Shown: one piece after another, positions 56,185 through 64,000 of the stretch
Numbering within the stretch: the stretch's first letter is position 1
How the letters are laid out: every line of letters starts with the position of its first letter
Assembly (NCBI GenBank): GCA_001244265.2
Contig: CDLV01000017.1
Coordinates: 186,001 to 250,000, forward strand
DNA length: 64,000 nt
Reading direction: 5' to 3'
Source of the DNA: Microbotryum violaceum
Taxonomy: Eukaryota
Made by a program: the position numbers and the translations under genes
The notes under the pieces: model-generated
The model's input: only the letters and a program-made list of their open reading frames with translations
Told to the model about the DNA's origin: nothing
Databases searched by the model: none

Positions 56185-58739
56185 TCAAACAAGAAGCATG
56201 CCTCCAACACCGAACACCAGGGTGGCGAACGCCGCACACGTGAACCCTTTGCTACCGATCGTCGAAGCCGAGCTCGGCGACGAAGGCGGCGACGAAGGCG
56301 GAGGAGCAATAGGGAGATTGAACATGATCGACTTGCCCGGTGTATGCGGCGACGATCCGGGCGATCCACTCCCCGGAATACTCCCGGCGGGCAAAATCGA
56401 CACCGGCGAGACCGGTTGCACGCCCAACATGCCATTCCCCACCATCACCGGCGTGCCCACACTCGGGACCCCATCAACAGTGACGAAGAAGAGCGCCGGA
56501 CCGGGTTGGAATAACCTCGGGTTGGGTTCCATCTGAGCGACGTAGATCGTGGCTGAACCGTCTGGATGGGTGATGTAGGAGTGACGGAGTTGGATGGATC
56601 TCATCCCCATGTTCATGGAATGAGTCGAGAAGCCCGTTCGAATGACGGAGACCTTAATCTTGGCTGGTGAAACGCCGTTGAGCGAAGAAGCGGGAAGATC
56701 GAATTCGAATGGCGTTCCACCGTATGAGATCGTTGTGGGGACTTTGGAAGGGACGGGACGAGGATGGTCGTAGTAAGAAGGGTAGAAGATCTCGGCGCGG
56801 TACTCGGTCTTGTATGGGTAAGAAGCGTTGTTGAATTCGGTGATGACGTCGGCGTTGGGGTTACTTCCGGCGACGAAAATGGACCCATCGGATAAGAGGG
56901 TCGAGGAGGAATGGTACATGCGAGCGATGGTCGAACGGGGCAGACCGGCGGTCGTGAAGCGAGTTCCGGGGGGTGCGCTCGCGTTGTAGTAAGCGGGTTG
57001 GAAGACTGGATCTTGAGCAAACGATTGCCCCATCGTCCATTTGACATCGGTGGCGTATCCAGCCGAACCTTTGCCGACGCCGTTCAAGAGCAAGAGTCGT
57101 TCGTCGGGCAAGACGATAAAGTTACCCATACCTCGGTTTTGAGGCAGGTCGTCGTCGATTTGCCAAGTCGCTCCAGGCCCATCTTCGGGGTTGATGAACA
57201 CGCACGAGGACGAAGTGTCGGTGTTGATGATGGGCCACAAGTCCTTGTTCCAATCATCACGCTCGGGTTTCATCCCACCGCAGAACAAGAGCGTGATTTT
57301 ATACTCGTTCGCCACGGTCAAGGGCAACATCGCCGTTGCTCCTGAAGCGGGGTAGGTTTTTTGCGCAAAGGGGATGTCGGGGAGAGGGGTTTCTGCACCC
57401 GAGCTGTGGTTGAGGAGCTGGGTTTTCCAACTCGCTTGCATGAAAATGAGACCGTTTGAGAGGAGGAAGCTGAGAGGATACAAGTTCGCGGGCTGGGTTG
57501 TGGCCAAGAAGGTCGAGTTGACGGGCGCGCCGCGCGACGGCCAATACTCACTGTTGAGGGAGCTGTGAGTGCATATCCTGCCATACTACGGATCTGAGGA
57601 TCAAGGAGGGAGTACTGACTAGTTGTGAACGTTCTGATGTTCGCTAGCGTCATTTACGAAGCCGCCGTAAAGTTCACCTGGGAAAAATTGAGCCCCATGG
57701 CTGTCAGCGGCCACGATCAAGAACGAGCAGACTGTTCTCCAACTCACCTCCAAGAATGATTACATCTCCCGTCTCGAGGGTCTCAATATAAGGATACCAC
57801 CGATTGACCGGCATCCCATACTTGTCCTCATACCATTCCGCCCCCCCATCATCCGAAGGCGTCAAGATCCTTACCGTCCTACCCCCTGCATAATCTTTAT
57901 AAGCTCCCGTTCCATCGGATGTTTTCGTCCCTCCAGTGGTGATGGCTTGGTTCCCACCGATGTTGATCCAGGAACCGTTGCCGAGATGACTACCGCCCGC
58001 GCAGAAGGTGTTGGTGATCACGTCAAGGGGACGGTAGGTGTTCTTGACGATGTCGTATTCGACGGCCCACTGAGGAGAGCTAGGGGTCCGGCCTAAGCAG
58101 CGCACCGCAGGCTAGAAGAAGGTCGATGATCCCTACTTACAGCAGCATGTCCTGCAATCTGTGCGGCTGAGAAAAGATGAGCGAAAATGAATTAGGTCCC
58201 AAGGTCACACTACTCACGAACCAATGCAGGCTGCGACTCACTGTTGTTTTCCGTCTTGTCGACAATATAGACCTGCAGCGAGAACGTACGCGAACAGAAA
58301 GATGAATCAGCACAAAAAAGTACGACTCTTTTCCCTATCAATCTAATCCACCTTGTTCGGAGTCTGTAGCGCACCATTAAAAGGAGGTAATATAGATCAG
58401 TTGACTGAACATCACTCCCCCTTTACACCTTCGTGACCGGAACCATCGGCAGCGAGCTCGGTCCCGCTCCGGATCACCCGTAATTCACCCCCAAAAAGAG
58501 TTGTTGAGCGCTTGCTCTACGTTCCACAGCTCGGAAGAACTCATCAGCCAGAAATCTACGATACTCATCTGCTCCTCAACCTGCGGGACCCACCCTGTCT
58601 CGCCAACGATCTTGAACGTGTGCGCCTTGCCCGCTCGTCCGGCTTGAGCGAACCTTGAGGAGGAAGGGAAAGGGGCCAGCATTGATATGGTCAGGGTAAG
58701 GCTGAGCGTGGTCCGCCATAAGATGGTGTGGGCTTTCAT
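56185..58739 (-). CDS. Copper radical oxidase / glyoxal oxidase (AA5_1-like), copy 2
   Basis: Same motif set (TNTFCAGG, RWYP, NLYP, RMYHSSS, GFSTHS) and similar exon layout. Confidence 0.93.
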
Positions 58740-59278
58740 GGTGCTCCGGGTCAAAGTGAATGAGATGGAAGAGGGAAGGAGCGGAGAGGAGTGGGTCTGG
58801 TTTGACTGGACGGAGGAGCGGCTGGGTGAGCGAGTGAGCGTAGGCAGACGTGGAACTGAGATACAAGCGCTTCAAACTTTGAGGATCGCTCGATATGGGT
58901 GGAAATTAAGATGGGAGGCGCACCAAGATCAAACGAGATGTGGCACCAACCCGCAGACAAAGAGTACACCGGCCCCTTTAAGTCTCTCGGTGTCTCCTGA
59001 GTGTTCTAGAACCGCCTCCTGAGCGTCAACGAGCGGGTGTGACTGGCGCATGAGTCCACGAGACGCGGGCTGTTTCAACCATTCAAAGCGTTCAGCATGG
59101 ACTCTGGTGGTCACCGTCGGTGTCACCGTCGCATGTGCGCTCCATGTCGGGTCTAGGATGCTTATAGGAAGCTGGCAGTTGCCCCCCCTTTGGGAAGCCA
59201 TCGCTTGAACACGTGATGCAATGCTGCGACGCCTGAATTTTAGATGGGAATAAAAGTGTACAACAAGATGCCTTGTTT

Positions 59279-59919
59279 TCAAACGACCTTGGGTGCTGTT
59301 CCAATACAAACGAACCATCAAGTCAGTTGCTCATCCCCAACACGACCACAAAGTTCCGATCCAAACTGACCCAGAGAAACAATTTTTCCCCAGCCAGCCT
59401 TCCTCAACTCGGCCGCGACCACGCCACCAATCCTATTCCCAATCATCTCCTTCTTGGCATTGACCAACACGGCCGCATTGTCGTCGAAGCGAACGTACCT
59501 CCCATCCGGCCTTCGGGTAGGGTATTTGGTTCTGACGACCACTGCTCGACGGACGTCTCCACGTCGAACCTTTTGGGCGGCGGAGGAGGAGGCGGCTGAG
59601 AGAGCGGCGGAAATCGGTCGTGCTCGTTTGACGACGACGACGATTTCGTCGCCTGGTGGGTGGGTGGGGGGGGGAGTAGAGTGGGTCAGCGAGGCAGTGG
59701 GGAACAGGGCCAAAGAGCGAGTAGGCGGCGGCGGCGCACCTATCCGAGCCATGCCGTGGCCGGTCTTGGTCTTGAGCACGTTGACGCATTCGGCGACCAA
59801 TGCACCCGAGTTGTCGATGATGGCCTGTGGAATGTACATAGACTGTTCAGCATACCCGAGTGCAACTGCGGTGTGTGGGGGGGCACTGCACTGACCATGG
59901 TGGCCTTTAAGCCGAGCAT
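59279..59919 (-). CDS. MRPL38: Mitochondrial ribosomal protein uL14
   Basis: [54 protein letters not shown]. Confidence 0.9.
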
Positions 59920-60183
59920 GGCGGATTGCGAAGATGAGCGCTCTGGGGTGGGGGGCAGAGGGAGGGTAGCCGAGCAGGAGACGGTGCAAGTCTAGAGGTG
60001 TGGAGGAACGAACCGGGTGGGTGGGTAGGTGGAGTGTCGAGTGATGAGAGAGAGAGAGGGGCAAGACGACACGCGCGAAACTCCGGCAAGCTCGATCAAA
60101 CTGTCACGCCGCGCGAGACTGCCGCGAAACGAGCCCAAGTCACGCTGCTTTCACTCTCACTCTCACGTTCACTCTACACCGCG

Positions 60184-62672
60184 ATGGCCACACCCTCGGG
60201 TGATGAACCACCCGTGGTGCTACAGTCTTTGCCACTGACGAGCCATCCTGCTGCTGCTCGTTCTCGTTCGGGCTCTCCGTCGTCGTCGACCGGTGCACCC
60301 TCAGCCGCCTCAACAGCACCAACAACAGCACCAACAACAGCACCAGCAGCAACAGAAGCAACAGAAGCAACAGAAGCAACAGCAGCAACAGAAGCAACAG
60401 AAGCAACAGCAGCAACAGAAGCAACAGAAGCAACAGCAGCAACAGCAGCAACAGCAGCAACAGCAGCAACAGCAGCAACAGCAGCAACAGCAGTACACGA
60501 GGCCGTCGAGTCACCTCCCGAGGAAGGTGAAGAAGCCGAAGACGGGGAGGATACCAGTGACAAGATGGTCGTCGATCAAGACTGCACTCCTGCGAGACCT
60601 GCACGACCACCAACACCTCCTCCGAACAAGACCACGACCACGACCACCGCCGTTACTACTACTTCAACGGCGCCCTCAACCAAGCCAGAACTACCCATCA
60701 AAGCTTTCGTCTCGTCGAGGTACAAGGAGCAATTGGCCAGGAGCGCATCGCGTCCCTCCCCCTCGGCACCGTCGACCTCGACCTCGTCCTCGTCGCGCTT
60801 CGCACCCAGCCCAGCAGCTGCCCCCGCCAGTCGTTTCATGGACCGAGATCGAGAGTCAGACAGGGAACGGGAACGAGACCGAGACCGAGACCGATTCGAT
60901 GATTTCCGTAGATCAAGACCTCCCCCGTCGATCATGGACGACCACCCTCGAGATCGTTGGGCAGCCCATAGGGGACCACCCCCACTTGCCCCATCGCGTA
61001 CCACAAGTCCGAGTCCGGATCGGCTCAGGATCAGGAGTCGCAGTAGGAGTCCACTTCCGTCGCTTAGGAGAGCTCCTCCTTCTTCGTCCCGTGGTGCTGC
61101 GTATCATGAGGATGATCCAAGAGATCGGTTCGATAGGGGAGGACCACCTCCTTCCATCGGAGCAGACTATAGGAACCGTCGACCGAGATCGAGGAGCCCG
61201 CCGCCACCTGGTGAGTCGAGTGACCAGTTGCAGGCCAGTTTCACCGGATGCTCAAGTCAAATCGGAGCCACCCCACAGGCTACCGCAGAAGGTCTCGTTC
61301 CCCCGACTATGGAGGAAGGTCACCCCCACCTGCCTCAAGAAGCGCACCTCGTTCCCCCGAGTTCCGCAGAGGACCTCCACCTCGTGCCTACCCACCTGCA
61401 CCATCAGCGCGAGGTCGGTCGCCGAGTCGTAGTCCTCCACCTTCTTCGAGTTCTCGTTGGGAAAGACCCCCTCCTCGTCGATACGAGTCATCCCCGCCTC
61501 CCCCTGCCTCGTCGTCCGCACTTCGTCGGAGGCGTTCTCCTTCGCCTCCTCTACCTTACGGCGGAGGTGGCCGAAGTCGAGCTCGATCGCCTTCCCCTGC
61601 CTTCGTTCGGGGTCACCCACCAGCGCCGGTCCCACGACGCACTTCGAGATCGCCACCAAGGGGTCCACGCTCGTACCGTCGAGACTCGTTATCACCACAT
61701 CCCTCAGCAGCAGCGGGGTCCCGAAGGAGATCACGTGATTCTCCTTCGCCACCTCGGCGAAGACCCGAATCAGGACCGGGATCGTCACGACGTAGTCCTA
61801 CGCCGCCACCCCCTCGTTCAAGAAGACCGGGCTCACCGGGACGACCGAGTGTGCGAGGTGCTAGCCCGCCCTCTTCATCGACGACGAAGACCCCTGCACC
61901 CCCGACGGGACCTCGAGCTTTGGCTGGTGGAGCGATTCCTACTGGACCTCGTGCCAAGGTCGCGTTAAGCTTCAACGCCTCTTCGTCATCAAACGCGACA
62001 CTTACGACTCCTGCAGGACCCCCGACAGGACCCCGAGCTCTTTCAGGCTCCGTTCGCAGCACGTTCCATTCGACACCGCAACTCACGCCTGCGGCTGCTG
62101 CTGCGGCTGCTGCCGGTGGTGCGACGAGTGGAGCGAAGGCGACGGCGACAGCGACGCCTACGGGCCCTCGGCCGGCGACGACGATCCCTACGGGCCCTAG
62201 AGGTTGGAGGTCGGCACCCGCTCCGCCTGCGCCTGCGCCTTCTTCCTCCTCTTCGTCGGCGCTGGCGAGTTCGTCCTCCGCCGTAGCCACAGGGACCGAT
62301 TCGTCGACCGCCAGTGGAAGTAGTAGCGACCTCACCAAATCTGCTCCTCCACCTCCTCCCGCCTTTGACCCCTCCATCTCACGCTACATCGTGCATCCTT
62401 CCTCGAACCTCGTCGCCAAACTAAAAACTCTCGCCTCCGTTCCCGGTTCTCTCGAGATCGAAGCCGAGATACTCAAACTTCGTTCCGCGCGGAACAGCTT
62501 GGGTTCAGTTGAGAGTACGGAGGAAAAGTATCGGCGGGAGAGGTGGATCATGGAGGATTGTCAGGTTGAGATGAGGTGTGCGAAGGAACGGACGAGGTGG
62601 AGTGGAGGGGAGGCGATGGGTTTGGGTTTGGGAGGGGGTGGGATGGGAGGTGCGGGGTCCGGTATTTATTAG
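60184..62672 (+). CDS. Arg/Ser/Pro-rich low-complexity protein (RS-type)
   Basis: RSRSRSP and PTGPR repeats; intron ~61211-61279 joins the two long ORFs. Confidence 0.7.
60310..60492 (+). repeat. Coding 9-bp minisatellite (gcaacaga/gca) encoding APTT/ATE/ATA
   Basis: Direct reading. Confidence 0.95.
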
Positions 62673-63095
62673 GTCGGCGTTGGAATGGGGTGTTGGAAAG
62701 GGGTGTTGGAATTTGAGAGTTAAAAGTGACTTGATTTTCACTGCGCTTATTGTGAGGTGTGTTGAGACGGGTGCCTCCCTTTTCCCGCCCGACAGCTTCG
62801 GCGATCTCCCGTTGAAAAGGTCCGTGCGAGTCAAGCTGGCGATCGCCGAGCAACAGACCAGACGCATTGCCTGAGCCAAACGCTACTCACCTTCTCCCCT
62901 CATCCTACACACCTCATTCTACTCCCGACACACCTCCAACAGGTCGCAACAACAGTTGTCTCACACATCCAACGTGTTGAACAGCTCATCCACCTCGCAG
63001 TACGCATCACACCTCTCCGATCTCCACGCGCCAGACCGCCTCCTCGATCCTCGCACCCCCGCCCAAGAAGGGTCCAAGCTCCTAGCTGATTCACG

Positions 63096-64000
63096 ATGGT
63101 CGCTGCTGCTGCTGCTACGCTGTCACAAGGAAAGATCCGGTCGGTTGATGCCAAGGTGAGTTCTCTATGGGTTTGAAATCGATGGTGGGAGTATGTGGGC
63201 TGACATCAAGTGTCTGTGTCTGTATCTCCCCCCCTCGATCGTCCTTTGCCATCCTGACCATCGCGTCGAACTACACGCCGTCGCGCCATCTCAGGTCGCC
63301 TCCCAAAACCCATACGACATAGCCATCATCGGAGCCGGTATAATCGGCTCTGCTCTAGCCTACTCGCTTTCCGAATCCGGTCGTTCGATCCTCCTCCTCG
63401 AACGGGACCTCGTAGAACCCGACCGCATCGTCGGTGAACTTCTCCAACCCGGCGGATGTCTAGCCCTGCAACAACTCGGCATTTCCGATACGCTCGCCGG
63501 CATCGATGCCGTACCTTGTGAGGGATACAAGGTGTTTTGCGGGGACGAACAAGTCGCGATCCCTTATCCTCCCGAGGAGAGGGACATGGGCTGGAAGGAT
63601 GGGAGGAACGATAAGAGCTCGACGATCGTCAAGCAAGAAGGAAGGTCCTTCCACCATGGTCGATTCGTGATGAATCTGAGGAGCAAGGCCGCGAGTTCGA
63701 AAGGCGTCACCATCGTCGAAGCGACGGTCAACAACTTGAAACGACACGGCAAGAGGATCGTCGGTGTTTGTGCGACGCCCAAAGGCAGGGACGAGCAGCT
63801 CGAGTTTCGAGCAACGTTGACTATCGTTGTCGATGGGTGCATGTCCAAGTTTAGGAGACAGATCTTGCCGAGTCATATTACGCCCATCGTCCGGTCGCAT
63901 TTCGTTGGCATCGTTTTGGAGGATGCTGATCTTCCCGCTCCTCATCATGGACATGTCATCCTAGGCAAGGCCGATCGTTCCTCCCCTTCTCCAGCGGAGG
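63096..64000 (+). CDS. ERG1: Squalene epoxidase, 5' part (runs off the window)
   Basis: YDIAIIGAGIIGSALA..LLERDLVEPDRIVGELLQPGG..GRSFHHGRF..VDGCMSKFR; intron 63156-63294. Confidence 0.93.

Noticed and set aside
60174-61432. Poly-Q, poly-C and poly-L ORFs
   Set aside because: Alternative frames of the 9-bp minisatellite within the RS-rich gene

Overview
Intron-rich fungal genomic DNA, most likely a basidiomycete (Pucciniomycotina/Microbotryomycetes-like; inferred from gene content and intron style). Conserved genes lie on both flanks: dynactin p150, Scd6/Lsm14, ceramide synthase, a GDSL esterase, glycerol-3-P dehydrogenase, an aldo-keto reductase, an S8 protease, a UbcH10-like E2, two copper radical oxidases, mitochondrial uL14, an RS-rich protein and squalene epoxidase. 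A decayed Ngaro/DIRS-type retroelement (~10.2-15.4 kb) sits between two paralogous F-box-like genes. The main feature is a 12.2-kb near-perfect palindrome: arms 27673-33585 and 33973-39893, 387-bp spacer, unique flanks. Each arm is a nest of elements: a transposon-end-like terminus, an F-box-like gene, a Copia LTR-gag-PR-IN fragment, and a gag-only LTR element that holds the fold-back point. Older, diverged fold-back hairpins lie just to its left (22.65-24.26 kb). My best candidate for a new system is a 'Mu killer-like' hairpin-RNA locus that silences transposons, but an assembly artefact must be excluded first. Exon boundaries were read by eye, so gene spans are approximate.
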